Shown here piece after piece: positions 10,311 through 20,385 of a stretch of DNA of 64,000 bases. The DNA lies in the IMG/VR virus record IMGVR_UViG_3300028603_000017, positions 96,001-160,000 of that record; one strand, written 5' to 3'. The stretch comes from a virus. Lineage: Duplodnaviria; Caudoviricetes. Position numbers and translations under genes: made by a program. The notes beneath the pieces were generated by a model that did no database searches, had not been told where the DNA came from, and saw only the letters and a list, made by a program, of their open reading frames with translations. The stretch's first letter is position 1. Each line of letters opens with the position of its first letter.

Positions 10311-11608
10311 ACATCATTAGACTTTGCATAGATTAAGAATTGAATACCGTCATGATTTCTAGTAATCCAGGTTTTGTTGTACCTGGTAATACGCCTGGTG
10401 TGGGTAGGTAGCTCTGCATATTGCTCTTCATTTTCAGCAATAATAATCATTTCTTCTAACACAATAGCAAACGCTTGTGTTTTCTTAGACATTCTAGAAA
10501 AGTCTTGACTAGAAGTACCTACGTTAATCAAATCTGGATATACATCTGTTAGTGCATACAAATCGTTGATATTATCTTGACCTGATAGACTGTGAATAGT
10601 CAAAGATCTATATGGCACAGTAAGACATTGCAGATAGTTTTCAACATGCTCAGAATCGATATCGTTATAGAAATCAACCATTTTATTGAGCATTTGCCTA
10701 ACATTAGAGATAGGTGAATAAATACCTGCTTGTGTCGTTCTATCAGGAATAGCTTGCTCTAGCCAAGATGGAATCAGAGTAAACTCTGTGGTCATAAATA
10801 GAGCAGGTAAGGTTTGACGCCATTCTTCTAAAGAAACAACACCTACTTGAGCTAATTGAGCAATAATGTTTTCTTTGATGATATCAGGATTATCACCAGC
10901 TGCGCCATAAACAATAGCGTACCAAGTTACACTAAAAGTCCTATTAGGCTGAAGCAAATTAATAAGCGTATAAGTCTGTGCTCTTAAGATAGTTTCAGGA
11001 TATCCATCTTTTAACTGAGCAATCAGCTCCATTGTCTTGACATGAGTTCTATCGTCTAATGCAGCTTGCGTGACAGAAGGCTCTCTCATCAAATCCATTA
11101 AATCATCAACAGGATTGAGAATAGCTATTTCATAATCGTCATACTGGCGCTTAAACGCTTGATCAGAAAACCATATCTTGATTCTATTGTCGCCACCAGA
11201 TAAAACCGAATTATTCCAAGATATCCATTCAGGCATACTAAGGGTAGCTGTGCTAACCATAGGACCTGTTTCCATATCAAATATCAGATTAGGAAATTGA
11301 TTAAATAGATCATTAGCAATATCTTGGGTTGTTACGTTCTGTCCCATTTGACGAGAATACGTAACAGCTCTGTGTGCTACTTGCAGCACATGCTCACTAT
11401 ATGAAGGAACAACTGCAATTTGTTGATTGTTATTTTGTCTGCTGGTAAAACTGATAAAACTAATACCAGGAGCATAATCTCCCATATAGTACCCTTTCTC
11501 CTTAGAGAAAGTAGCACAGTATGTTGAGAGTTCTCCAATCATGGAAGTAACGCCAACCACATTATTGATTTGATCGTCAATTTTAATAAAACCACTGAGT
11601 TTATACAT
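10307..11608 (-). CDS. Virion structural protein (phiKZ-like)
   Basis: 433 aa; GELST, IKIWFSDQAF.QYD.YEI and TEF.LIP.W motifs. Confidence 0.55.
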   Translation of the reverse strand: MYKLSGFIKIDDQINNVVGVTSMIGELSTYCATFSKEKGYYMGDYAPGISFISFTSRQNNNQQIAVVPSYSEHVLQVAHRAVTYSRQMGQNVTTQDIANDLFNQFPNLIFDMETGPMVSTATLSMPEWISWNNSVLSGGDNRIKIWFSDQAFKRQYDDYEIAILNPVDDLMDLMREPSVTQAALDDRTHVKTMELIAQLKDGYPETILRAQTYTLINLLQPNRTFSVTWYAIVYGAAGDNPDIIKENIIAQLAQVGVVSLEEWRQTLPALFMTTEFTLIPSWLEQAIPDRTTQAGIYSPISNVRQMLNKMVDFYNDIDSEHVENYLQCLTVPYRSLTIHSLSGQDNINDLYALTDVYPDLINVGTSSQDFSRMSKKTQAFAIVLEEMIIIAENEEQYAELPTHTRRITRYNKTWITRNHDGIQFLIYAKSNDV

Positions 11609-11678
11609 ATTTTAGCCTTGATATGCTGCTAATCATTTACGATCAATTAGATGAGATCATAAATAATCAAAATGAATT

Positions 11679-11984
11679 ATGCCCTTCGGATCGATAATGT
11701 CTATTATTTCGTTCTTGAAGGAATTGGTATTTGGTAAGAAAAGATACACCAATGATACTATTCCTAATAAGATAAGAAAAACGATTGTATTTGCTATTAT
11801 TGTTATATCTCTTACAGTCAATTATTTTACAGTACCTAAACTATTTACTATCACTAACGCTTATGTTAGGATAAAAGAAGTTAACAAGATACTAGAGCAA
11901 AGACTGCAAGAATCAGAAAAATGTGAACATACACTAGAATCTGTTAAAAGGTGGTTAACCGTTTGTGAAGCTAGAAATCCATAG
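11679..11984 (+). CDS. Small membrane protein (TM plus coiled coil)
   Basis: Hydrophobic IVFAIIVISLTVNYF followed by a coiled coil with two Cys. Confidence 0.45.
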   Translation: MPFGSIMSIISFLKELVFGKKRYTNDTIPNKIRKTIVFAIIVISLTVNYFTVPKLFTITNAYVRIKEVNKILEQRLQESEKCEHTLESVKRWLTVCEARNP

Positions 11985-12039
11985 GGGAAAAATATAAACT
12001 AACACAATTATTTGTCTAAAGATAATATAAATTTCCTCT

Positions 12040-13530
12040 ATGAGCGCTCAAAATACTGAAGAATCTACATACGATAACGCGTCAGATCGCGTTGACGGAA
12101 TGGTCATTTATACCGATGGTGGCTCTAGACCCAATGGTAAATACATGGGTTGGGGTATTCATGGTTATTCTTATAAAGACGTAATACCTAAAAAAGGTAC
12201 AGGCAATCCTACTCATTACCCTAGTAGTTGTGGTTATTTACCCAAATCAGATAAAAAAGAAGGTTCTAGCAAAACAGAAGTCACACCTATCAATTATTTT
12301 GATGGGTATGGCTGTACGCTAGAATATGGCACAAATAACCTAGCTGAGATACTGGCTGCTAAACTAGCTACTGAAAAAGCTATAGATATCAATCCTAAAA
12401 AACTATTGATCAGATCTGATTCTGAATATGTCATTAAAGGATCTACAGACTTTAGTTACCATTGGGTAAAGAACAATTGGAAAAAGCCTGATGGCTCACC
12501 AGTGCCTAATGCACCTTATTGGAAAAAGCTACTAGCTAACTATGATGTCCTCAGAAATAATGGATGCGATATTAAGATAGAGTGGGTTAAAGGTCACTCT
12601 GATTTCTTAGGCAATCAAATTGCTGATAGATTAGCCACTGTTGGTGTGATGGGTTCTACCAACTTAGATAGCAAAGAACAAGTTGATATTTCTCCAGCTG
12701 AAGGCTATTGGAAGAACACTGTTAATAAGCATCCTTTCTTTTGCTTTAAGACATGTTACTTTACGACTTTATCCAAAGGTCAAAATAAAGGTGAATACTT
12801 TATTGGTGAGCAAGATAAAGACGTTGAATTTATTGGTAAAAGAAAATCGGATGGATCTTACGCAGTCTTTTATCTGAAAGAGCCTGAGCCTATTGTTGAT
12901 TTGGTTAGAAAGTATCAGACTGAATTAACAGGGGATTTTGATAATATTTGTCTATTAAGACTAAACTATCTATTTACACACCACGTCTATACTTTCATTG
13001 AAAAGTATGGTAAAAATGCTATCGTTAAGAAATTTAACGATAAGATAGATTTGTGGACTACTGACAAAGAGCCTTTAACCAAAGAGTTAGTTCCTCCACG
13101 TATTGCTCAGAGATCTATTGATGCTCTGAGCAATATCAAAGATATCTTACTAAAATATAAAGCTGGAACATTAGAGGTAGGTAAATACAACATTGTTAAT
13201 CTTAACCATATCTTTTACGAAACGAAAGAAACTGTTAAGAAAAAAGAAACAATAACGACTACTCATCTAAAATCTAGTATTGGTTCTGGATTTAATAGCT
13301 TTAATGTAGATATCGATATTGGTGGTAAGTTTTATAAGGTAATTCTCAGCTTAGGTATTGATTTGCCTAATAGAAATACTTTAAAAGCTTTAGAAGACAA
13401 TAGTATCAAAATCAATTTAATATGGTGGTATGATTCAGATAAAGTCATTCGATACGCTACCATTATTGAATACAAAGAAGATTACGGTATTTGGGCAGGT
13501 TACTACTCCAATATGGTCTTTTTAGATTAA
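12040..13530 (+). CDS. rnhA: Ribonuclease HI with phage-specific C-terminal extension (phiKZ gp155-like)
   Basis: IYTDGG, TNNLAE, IRSDSEYV and WVKGHSDFLGNQIADRLA are the RNase HI catalytic motifs. Confidence 0.9.
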   Translation: MSAQNTEESTYDNASDRVDGMVIYTDGGSRPNGKYMGWGIHGYSYKDVIPKKGTGNPTHYPSSCGYLPKSDKKEGSSKTEVTPINYFDGYGCTLEYGTNNLAEILAAKLATEKAIDINPKKLLIRSDSEYVIKGSTDFSYHWVKNNWKKPDGSPVPNAPYWKKLLANYDVLRNNGCDIKIEWVKGHSDFLGNQIADRLATVGVMGSTNLDSKEQVDISPAEGYWKNTVNKHPFFCFKTCYFTTLSKGQNKGEYFIGEQDKDVEFIGKRKSDGSYAVFYLKEPEPIVDLVRKYQTELTGDFDNICLLRLNYLFTHHVYTFIEKYGKNAIVKKFNDKIDLWTTDKEPLTKELVPPRIAQRSIDALSNIKDILLKYKAGTLEVGKYNIVNLNHIFYETKETVKKKETITTTHLKSSIGSGFNSFNVDIDIGGKFYKVILSLGIDLPNRNTLKALEDNSIKINLIWWYDSDKVIRYATIIEYKEDYGIWAGYYSNMVFLD

Positions 13531-13539
13531 AATCCAAAT

Positions 13540-13605
13540 GGTATAGATTTTACAATCTTGTTACATAGCTAGTAACCTTTTGTAAAGATCTTACTGTTTT
13601 TATTT
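13540..13605 (+). terminator. Bulged hairpin plus U-rich tail after RNase H
   Basis: AGATTTTACA..GTTAC-loop-GTAAC..TGTAAAGATCT followed by GTTTTTATTT. Confidence 0.4.
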
Positions 13606-13663
13606 CTTACTAACACTTACTGTTAATGAAAAAAGACTACTTCAAAATGGAAGGAGCCTTATC

Positions 13664-14134
13664 ATGAACACCGAACATCCATCAAAACAGCGCAAACCTA
13701 AGATGGTAGGTAAATTGCTCACTAAGGTACTATTTAAGCTACCTAATAGAACAAAGCGTTTGATATTTGTAAGTTCATTTTTAGCTCATATCCAAAATTG
13801 TAACTCAACAGACAAAGCAATTATCTCTAAACTAAACACATTACTGCATCTGAGCAGTGATGATAAAGCACTCGTGTGGCCTATGCAGCTACATGAAAAG
13901 ATTTGGGGTGATATTAAAATAGAGAAGATTTTACATGATAAAGGTATCGAAATATCTGATATCGACAAAATAGCTCATGTACAATTCATGTCTCGTAAAG
14001 TACGCCTGTTAAGCGAAGATATCGTTAAAGCCATGCCTGAATGGCTAAAATACGATAGCAATACTCGCATGAGAGGGGATATAATGAAACTATTCAATAA
14101 TCTTGGAGATATCCTGCAACCTACCGCAGCCTAA
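13664..14134 (+). CDS. Conserved hypothetical protein
   Basis: 156 aa with a strong GGAG RBS upstream. Confidence 0.55.
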   Translation: MNTEHPSKQRKPKMVGKLLTKVLFKLPNRTKRLIFVSSFLAHIQNCNSTDKAIISKLNTLLHLSSDDKALVWPMQLHEKIWGDIKIEKILHDKGIEISDIDKIAHVQFMSRKVRLLSEDIVKAMPEWLKYDSNTRMRGDIMKLFNNLGDILQPTAA

Positions 14135-14156
14135 TTCTTATCGTAAACAACAGCGA

Positions 14157-14195
14157 CATAGCTCCAGTACTGGCTAGCCAGTACTGGAGTGTATG
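14157..14195. terminator. CATA...TATG-flanked hairpin between convergent genes
   Basis: CATA-GCTCCAGTACTGGC-TA-GCCAGTACTGGAGT-GTATG. Confidence 0.7.
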
Positions 14196-14202
14196 CTGCT
14201 AA

Positions 14203-14754
14203 TTACTTTTTAGCTTTAACTTCTTCTAGCTTTGCTTTGATAGCTTCAAGACCAGTGTTGAGTTTACTTGAGAATTTCTTAAGATCTTCACCTAAGTTCT
14301 CTAGTGTAGGATAATGCTTAGAGTCTTTGTTGATAGAGTGTTTCTTACAAATAGCTTCTACACCAATCTTTACGAAGTCAGCATAGGCTTCTTGAGCCAA
14401 CTTTGCGTCATGAGCTTTTTCTACAGCCGCTTGCAAAGCTTCAAGAGCAGCAATAGATTCTAGACCTGAAGAGATCTCTTGTTCGTAAAATTGCTTCTCA
14501 GCATCACCTTCGTCTTGATTGTCAACAATTACGCCAGCACCTACTACATCAACACTACCAGTTTCTTGTTCAACATCACCAACAATTTTAGAATCGATAA
14601 TGGTGTCGGTAGCAGGAGCTGTCTCATCAACAACGGTTGTACTAGTCTCTACAGGTGCTTCGCTAGTAGCGACGGTAGACTCTTCGTTAGGTTTTACTTC
14701 TTCTTCGATTTGCTCTAAAGAAGCTTGGATATTAAAACGTTTAGCGAAACTCAT
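14203..14754 (-). CDS. Acidic inner-head protein, probable prohead-protease substrate
   Basis: Several S/A/G-x-E sites (ASLE, SGLE, AALE, TGLE) and an acidic N-terminal region. Confidence 0.55.
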   Translation of the reverse strand: MSFAKRFNIQASLEQIEEEVKPNEESTVATSEAPVETSTTVVDETAPATDTIIDSKIVGDVEQETGSVDVVGAGVIVDNQDEGDAEKQFYEQEISSGLESIAALEALQAAVEKAHDAKLAQEAYADFVKIGVEAICKKHSINKDSKHYPTLENLGEDLKKFSSKLNTGLEAIKAKLEEVKAKK

Positions 14755-15605
14755 TTCAGTAGATCCTCTGTAATAGTGTCCTCCATGTTGGGGACAATGT
14801 TGAAAATTGTAATTAGTTTAAAGTAAACAATTGCAATTGCCTCAGCGCACTTAGCTACCGCATAGGAGCCTTCTGAAAGTGATTTTAAGGCTTCAGGAGA
14901 AAGACTTTGAATTCTATCGCCTTCAATTTGTTTGATGACAGAATCCAATAGTTCAGAGATTTGCTCAATCTCAGTTTTGATTTTCTTAATATCTAAAGTC
15001 TTAAAACTAGGATTAAGTCTTTGATACTCAGTAAATACTTTTTTAACTTCTTGAGGGTTTTCAAAAACACTCTCAAATGGTTGATAAGCTATGTGAGAGC
15101 CAGAGTCAAACAATTGAGCAATATCGCTGACTAGCTTTTGTGTATCATTAGTCGTTTTATTTGCTACTTTTGTCATATCCAGTAAAGATTTCTTTGCATC
15201 TTTATTGGTAACAAAGTTCGCCAAATACTTTTTATATTCTTGAATATAAGGCAGTAATTGAGAATTAATGACAGTCAAAGATGTGTCTACTACACCAAAT
15301 GTTTTTAAGAGATTTCCTCTATAACCTTCTGGCGTATTTAGTCTTACAGACTTGAGTTTTTCATAATCTGTTTTAGAAACTATGTCTAGTATAATATATT
15401 GAGATTTCGTAAATTCTTTCTTTTTGACAGTTTTACTAAAATCTACTGCACTAATTAAAGAATTAAAACTCTTTACAATAGAGGGAAAGTATTGTTTTGC
15501 CAGTTGAGTAGCATTAGCAATAAAGCTAGCTTCTAGAGCAATAGCTTCCATTGCAGTGCTATAACTCACCATTGCTGGCTCAGGTTGCATGGTCAGTTTA
15601 CGCAT
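14751..15605 (-). CDS. Virion head protein (phiKZ gp153-like)
   Basis: N-terminal TAMEAIALEA cleavage-type motif and PEG motif; divergent from the recombinase, as in phiKZ. Confidence 0.55.
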   Translation of the reverse strand: MRKLTMQPEPAMVSYSTAMEAIALEASFIANATQLAKQYFPSIVKSFNSLISAVDFSKTVKKKEFTKSQYIILDIVSKTDYEKLKSVRLNTPEGYRGNLLKTFGVVDTSLTVINSQLLPYIQEYKKYLANFVTNKDAKKSLLDMTKVANKTTNDTQKLVSDIAQLFDSGSHIAYQPFESVFENPQEVKKVFTEYQRLNPSFKTLDIKKIKTEIEQISELLDSVIKQIEGDRIQSLSPEALKSLSEGSYAVAKCAEAIAIVYFKLITIFNIVPNMEDTITEDLLK

Positions 15606-15725
15606 TATATCGCCTTAATAGAATTCTGTGAAGATAATTAAAATCACTTCTATACCATTTAATTGGATTTTTTACTGGCTAAGTTAATTGATTGTAACAT
15701 ATTCTAACCAAACCCAATTCTTATT

Positions 15726-17162
15726 ATGGATCTGAGACCTAAATTTAACACAACACCACCTGTTAAAGTGATGTTTAATATTGGTGCTTGCATGGATATT
15801 CCTACGGGTGAATATTTAACAGGTAAATATGGAGAGAGTATTTTAAATGGTGGATTAGGTTTTGTTACAGGTATGGTAGGTACTGGTAACAACTTTAAAT
15901 CCACCATCAGTCACTATATGGTTTTATCTGCCATGAGTAAGATTTGGTGGTCAGTTAAATCTGCTCTATCTACTTATGATACTGAAATTAATATCCATGA
16001 ATCTCGTCTTAAATATTTCGTTAATCAGTTTCCTGAATTCGAAGGAATGGATCTGATTGACAACAGCTATTGGATTATTACTGACAGATCTAAGTACTAT
16101 GCCAATGAGTGGTATGAGATCTATAAGGAGCACTTGAAAGACAAAGTCAAGAATGCTGACAAGTATTCGGTTGTCACACCTTTCTTAGATAGAGACAAAA
16201 ACAATCTTAAGATCATTGCGCCTACTTTTACAGAAGTCGATAGTTTCTCCAGATTTGAAACTGAAGATGTAGGTAAGCTCCAAGATGATAACGAGTTAGG
16301 TGAGTCTGGTGGTAATACTATCCACATGCGACAAGGTCTAGCTAAAAAGCGTTTCTTGATGGAAGCACCTACTTTGACAGCCAGCTCTTACAACTACCTG
16401 ATATTAACAGCTCATGTAGGTAAAGAAATTCAGATGGCCACTGGTCCTATGGCTCCGCCTCCTACCAAGAAATTGCATTATCTCAAGAATGGTGATAAGC
16501 TCAAAGGTGTCACGGACGATTTCTTTTTCTTAACACATAACTGCTGGCAGGCTGTTAAGACCGAGATCTTGATGAATCAAAACACCAAAGCACCTGAGTA
16601 TCCTAAAGATGCAAACGATGATTTGGCAGGTGATACCGATTTGAATGCTGTGACTCTTAGACAGCTCAGGAGCAAGTCAGGTCCGTCAGGCTATCAGATT
16701 GAAGTTATTGTGTCTCAGAGAGACGGCGTACTACCTTCTATGACTGAGTTTCACAATATCAAAAACTCTGGTAGATTTGGTATTTCTGGTACATTACAAC
16801 ACTACAGTCTAGATCTATATCCTGATAAGAAAGTACAAAGAACAACCGTACGATCTGTCATTGATAGTGATCCTAAATTTCGCAGAGCTTTGAATATTAC
16901 CTCAGAACTGCTTCAGATCTATAACTTCTACAATCATTACGAGGAAGGCTTTGTTTGCTCTCCTAAGGTATTGTACGACGATCTGAAAGAAAAAGGTTAT
17001 GATTGGGATATTCTACTACAAACTCGTTCGTATTGGACGATTAATAATGATAAGCATCCTGTACCGTTTCTCTCTACTATGGACTTGCTAAATATGCGAG
17101 CAGGTACCTATCATCCCTATTGGTTAGATTCTGATAAGAAAACTATTAAGAAACCCAAATGA
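15726..17162 (+). CDS. uvsX: UvsX/RecA-like recombinase (phiKZ gp152-like)
   Basis: Walker A GTGNNFKST, YDTE, Walker B-like EVDSFS, LTAHVG and RSKSGPSG. Confidence 0.8.
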   Translation: MDLRPKFNTTPPVKVMFNIGACMDIPTGEYLTGKYGESILNGGLGFVTGMVGTGNNFKSTISHYMVLSAMSKIWWSVKSALSTYDTEINIHESRLKYFVNQFPEFEGMDLIDNSYWIITDRSKYYANEWYEIYKEHLKDKVKNADKYSVVTPFLDRDKNNLKIIAPTFTEVDSFSRFETEDVGKLQDDNELGESGGNTIHMRQGLAKKRFLMEAPTLTASSYNYLILTAHVGKEIQMATGPMAPPPTKKLHYLKNGDKLKGVTDDFFFLTHNCWQAVKTEILMNQNTKAPEYPKDANDDLAGDTDLNAVTLRQLRSKSGPSGYQIEVIVSQRDGVLPSMTEFHNIKNSGRFGISGTLQHYSLDLYPDKKVQRTTVRSVIDSDPKFRRALNITSELLQIYNFYNHYEEGFVCSPKVLYDDLKEKGYDWDILLQTRSYWTINNDKHPVPFLSTMDLLNMRAGTYHPYWLDSDKKTIKKPK

Positions 17163-17509
17163 ATAACGAACCTCAACCCCAAATAGCAGAGCCTGTACCT
17201 GTTACTTACGATATTTGTTTAATTGAGCATGTCTCTAATAAACTAAGATCTGTAGGTCTGATTCAACAATGTAATGAAGCTTTCTTAGCTCATCCATTAA
17301 TTGCTGATTCTATTGGTAAAGATCCTTTTACACAAAGAAATAATCTTAATATTTACTTTCTATACCAGCTAGCTAGTTATGGCTCAGAGAGTATGGAAGC
17401 TAGATACTGCTTAATCAATGATGGGAAAGTCAGAGAATGGGCAAGACTATTCGACACTCAGGTCCTACCATTTCTGATCAGCAAGAATTTACCAAAAGTT
17501 ATTCACTGA
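17159..17509 (+). CDS. Conserved hypothetical protein
   Basis: 116 aa with an ATGA overlap with the recombinase. Confidence 0.55.
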   Translation: MNNEPQPQIAEPVPVTYDICLIEHVSNKLRSVGLIQQCNEAFLAHPLIADSIGKDPFTQRNNLNIYFLYQLASYGSESMEARYCLINDGKVREWARLFDTQVLPFLISKNLPKVIH

Positions 17510-17823
17510 GTAGAATCATTGTTTTAAAGTCTTTCTTGGAGATACATATAGGCACTATAGAGTATCTCCAATTAAGAAACCATATTAACGATTTGTCAGA
17601 TGAACCTACTGTTTTTATTGTTAAAGATAAAGACAAAAAATCACTAAATACTGCAAAAACAATTAGCTCTAGAGTAGACGTATTGAGTTTAGATGAAATA
17701 AAACAATTGAACAAACACAGCACTACAGTTTTGTTTGTAACCGGTAAATATACTCCTAAGGTACAGAAAATAATTGAAATCATCTGTAACAGAGTATTGT
17801 CTAAATCAATATTGGTAGTGTAA
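17437..17823 (+). CDS. Hypothetical protein (true start probably downstream of 17509)
   Basis: Fills the gap in a co-directional operon; start codon uncertain. Confidence 0.35.
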   Translation: MGKTIRHSGPTISDQQEFTKSYSLSRIIVLKSFLEIHIGTIEYLQLRNHINDLSDEPTVFIVKDKDKKSLNTAKTISSRVDVLSLDEIKQLNKHSTTVLFVTGKYTPKVQKIIEIICNRVLSKSILVV

Positions 17824-17825
17824 TT

Positions 17826-18491
17826 ATGGCAAATCGTAAAGCTGCTCAGGCATTTATTCTAGAGTATATTGAAAAATTAATGCCTAATAGCCAAAATACA
17901 AAGATCTATTCTGATATGTTCAGTAAAATGACTGATTCAGAATTTGATGCTTTCATGATGAAATTAAAGGAAGGTAAATCTAACTTAGCTATTATTGCTC
18001 CTAACTTTGGTAAACAAAAACTAAAGGTAGAGAGAAATTTACAAATAGCTAAAGAGTTAGGTCATAACTTCTTCCAAAGAATCTGGATTGATGGTAAAGG
18101 TGAAAGACCCAAATACCTCACACCTATTCCTTATATGGTAGTGGACCTTCCTTTGAGAAGACAAGCTCAGCTGCTTATTAAAAAGATTTCTATTCCTGAA
18201 GACAATAAAACTATTGATGGTTTGACTGGTCAACCCACTGGTAGTTCTAAGGGATCAAAGATCTCTTATCCCGAAATTCAAGTATTAGCTGCTATGGGTC
18301 TAGACGACAGCTTGCTAGAGCTGTTAAAGTTCAGAGGTGGTGATACCAAAGGCTTTATCGCAATGAATAAGATGATCAGTTTGCGAGGTGGTGTGAGTTT
18401 AAGAGCTATTGAAAGATTTGCTGGTGGAGTCGAGTCTACCAAGACACTAAAAGCATTTCTGACATCCATGCATCTATCTAATACGCTATAA
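17826..18491 (+). CDS. Virion RNA polymerase beta subunit, C-terminal part (phiKZ gp149-like)
   Basis: IDGLTGQPTGSSKGSKISYPEIQVLAAMG...LLELLKFRGGD parallels the bacterial beta C-terminal TQQPLGG..G.RFGEME..AL.A.G...L.E region. Confidence 0.85.
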   Translation: MANRKAAQAFILEYIEKLMPNSQNTKIYSDMFSKMTDSEFDAFMMKLKEGKSNLAIIAPNFGKQKLKVERNLQIAKELGHNFFQRIWIDGKGERPKYLTPIPYMVVDLPLRRQAQLLIKKISIPEDNKTIDGLTGQPTGSSKGSKISYPEIQVLAAMGLDDSLLELLKFRGGDTKGFIAMNKMISLRGGVSLRAIERFAGGVESTKTLKAFLTSMHLSNTL

Positions 18492-18494
18492 GCA

Positions 18495-19286
18495 ATGAAT
18501 GAGCAGATAAAAGGAATTTATATTGATTTAGACTCTATCTACGATACGCGACTTGGTTGTATTGCTGAGGTAGATCCTGAGTTGGTAAAGCTTGCTTTAG
18601 ATCAAGGATATCTAGATAGAAGAGCTGATAACTTTTCTTTTCTAAAGAATGAGACTTTTAAAGAGCTTTATAATAGTCGAAATATTGATACATTAAGAGT
18701 ATCTCCTTACACACAAATCTTTGACATACTTAATGCAGCTTGCAATAAGATGCTAAAGAATGCTATAGACTCTCCTGATCTTACAGGCGTAAAGCTCTAC
18801 ATCAATATTCATCCTTATAAATTATCGGATGAAGAAGCTAGTGATTTACTGGACTTGGTGGTGACCAGAACAAACAAACTAGTTCAGGTACAAATTGTTG
18901 ATTATTCTCAAGAAGAGCTGACATTCAGTCTTTGTAGAAAGTACTTTGATATTTTATTCATGTATGACTACAATAGCTTCTTAGAATATAACGTAGTTAA
19001 GAATGAGCACAAAAAAAGCACTCTTTACGATAGAATGTTAATTGCTCCTGAGATTTACTATAGGGAATTTTCTAAAACAGAGCTAGACGCTATGTATAGA
19101 AAAAATCCACTGATTAGTGGAAAGTCTATAGCTGACATTATGAAAATGACTGCATCTCCTGTAGTCATTTTAGAATTAATTGAAGCTAAACATTTCTCTG
19201 TAGACACTGAGCTTTATAAAAACGACTTTTATAAATCAGCTGAAAATCCTTCTGAGCAAACAGAATCTGACGTAAATGAGGCATAG
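18495..19286 (+). CDS. Conserved phiKZ-family protein with HAD-like N-terminal DxD motif
   Basis: IYIDLDSIYDTRLG, INIHPYKLS and FMYDY. Confidence 0.5.
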   Translation: MNEQIKGIYIDLDSIYDTRLGCIAEVDPELVKLALDQGYLDRRADNFSFLKNETFKELYNSRNIDTLRVSPYTQIFDILNAACNKMLKNAIDSPDLTGVKLYINIHPYKLSDEEASDLLDLVVTRTNKLVQVQIVDYSQEELTFSLCRKYFDILFMYDYNSFLEYNVVKNEHKKSTLYDRMLIAPEIYYREFSKTELDAMYRKNPLISGKSIADIMKMTASPVVILELIEAKHFSVDTELYKNDFYKSAENPSEQTESDVNEA

Positions 19287-19321
19287 CTGCCTAGCCAGCT
19301 CAATGCTGGCTAGGCAGTATG
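19282..19321. terminator. CATA...TATG-flanked hairpin between convergent genes
   Basis: CATAG-CTGCCTAGCCAGC-TCAAT-GCTGGCTAGGCAG-TATG. Confidence 0.7.
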
Positions 19322-19326
19322 ACGCA

Positions 19327-19758
19327 TTAGTCTTGCGTTGGTTTTGTAAAATGTTGTTTAGCAAAATCTTCGTAGGTAGTTGTAGAAGTACCTTGTATTA
19401 ATTCGTCAGGACTAACGGATGGCAGCTCAAAGCCATTAGGTATCTCAGGAATAGCTACATCATCACTAGGCGCATGCTGAACTTCAGAAACCTTTAGCGA
19501 TTTAAGTAAGTGCGCTACTACACCGGCAGCACCAGCAATATTAGAATTGGCTTTCTCATCGGCCTTAATTCTCTTATTAGTTAAAGCTGCTCTGTCCATA
19601 TCAGAGAGCACACCAGCTAATGTGGATATTTCCTTAATATCTTTAGGGACTTCCCCTCTTTCCATCATTGAGCTAACAATCTTCTTTCTAATACCGTGGG
19701 TATAGGATAAGATTTGGTCTTCGTTGATGGGCTCATTGTTTTGGACTTCTTGTTCCAT
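19327..19758 (-). CDS. Conserved helical hypothetical protein
   Basis: 143 aa; helical hairpin with LSDMDRAAL..KRIK. Confidence 0.55.
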   Translation of the reverse strand: MEQEVQNNEPINEDQILSYTHGIRKKIVSSMMERGEVPKDIKEISTLAGVLSDMDRAALTNKRIKADEKANSNIAGAAGVVAHLLKSLKVSEVQHAPSDDVAIPEIPNGFELPSVSPDELIQGTSTTTYEDFAKQHFTKPTQD

Positions 19759-19856
19759 AGCAAAAAAACCTTCAGATGTTAAATTTATTTTTATTGTTCA
19801 TCACATGTAGTGATGCAAAAATAATAGATCATATATCATACTAATAGATAGGAAAT

Positions 19857-20378
19857 ATGTTTGATTCTATTAGAAAACTATTAGAGGATATAAAGAAAAG
19901 ACTATCTGTCTGGCTAATGAATCATTTTGTCTTCAAAGATAGTGATCCTTTAGTTAGGCAAGGTAGAACCTATATCCAGATGATTGATATGTTAGATTTA
20001 TCTAAAATCAACATTGGATTAAATTCCACTAATGAAAATATATATTCACCTAACGGTAATATCAAAACTGATGTAGAGGACTTAGCAAAGTTTATTAGTC
20101 AGATCAAGAACTTTAAAAATCAGAATTTAACATCTGCTTTTTTAGCTACTAATTCAGAGAATTTTAATATATCGAACTATTATACTACTGAAGAAAAGAA
20201 ACTGATAGACATTGTTGTCTATACCAAAAAACTCACGCAATATGCGTTAGAGTTAATCAAAATATACGAGGAGCTGTTATCGAGTAAAGATAGTGCTGAC
20301 GTTTATAAATTACATATCGTTAAAAAAGTTATTAACGAGTTACTACCATTACTAAGAGGATTATCCTCTATGAAATAA
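19857..20378 (+). CDS. Hypothetical protein
   Basis: 173 aa with an AGGA RBS. Confidence 0.5.
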   Translation: MFDSIRKLLEDIKKRLSVWLMNHFVFKDSDPLVRQGRTYIQMIDMLDLSKINIGLNSTNENIYSPNGNIKTDVEDLAKFISQIKNFKNQNLTSAFLATNSENFNISNYYTTEEKKLIDIVVYTKKLTQYALELIKIYEELLSSKDSADVYKLHIVKKVINELLPLLRGLSSMK

Positions 20379-20385
20379 ATAAAAT

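Noticed and set aside
19327-19758. Small terminase subunit assignment
   Set aside because: Size and helical pattern are compatible, but there is no diagnostic motif and no linkage to terL.
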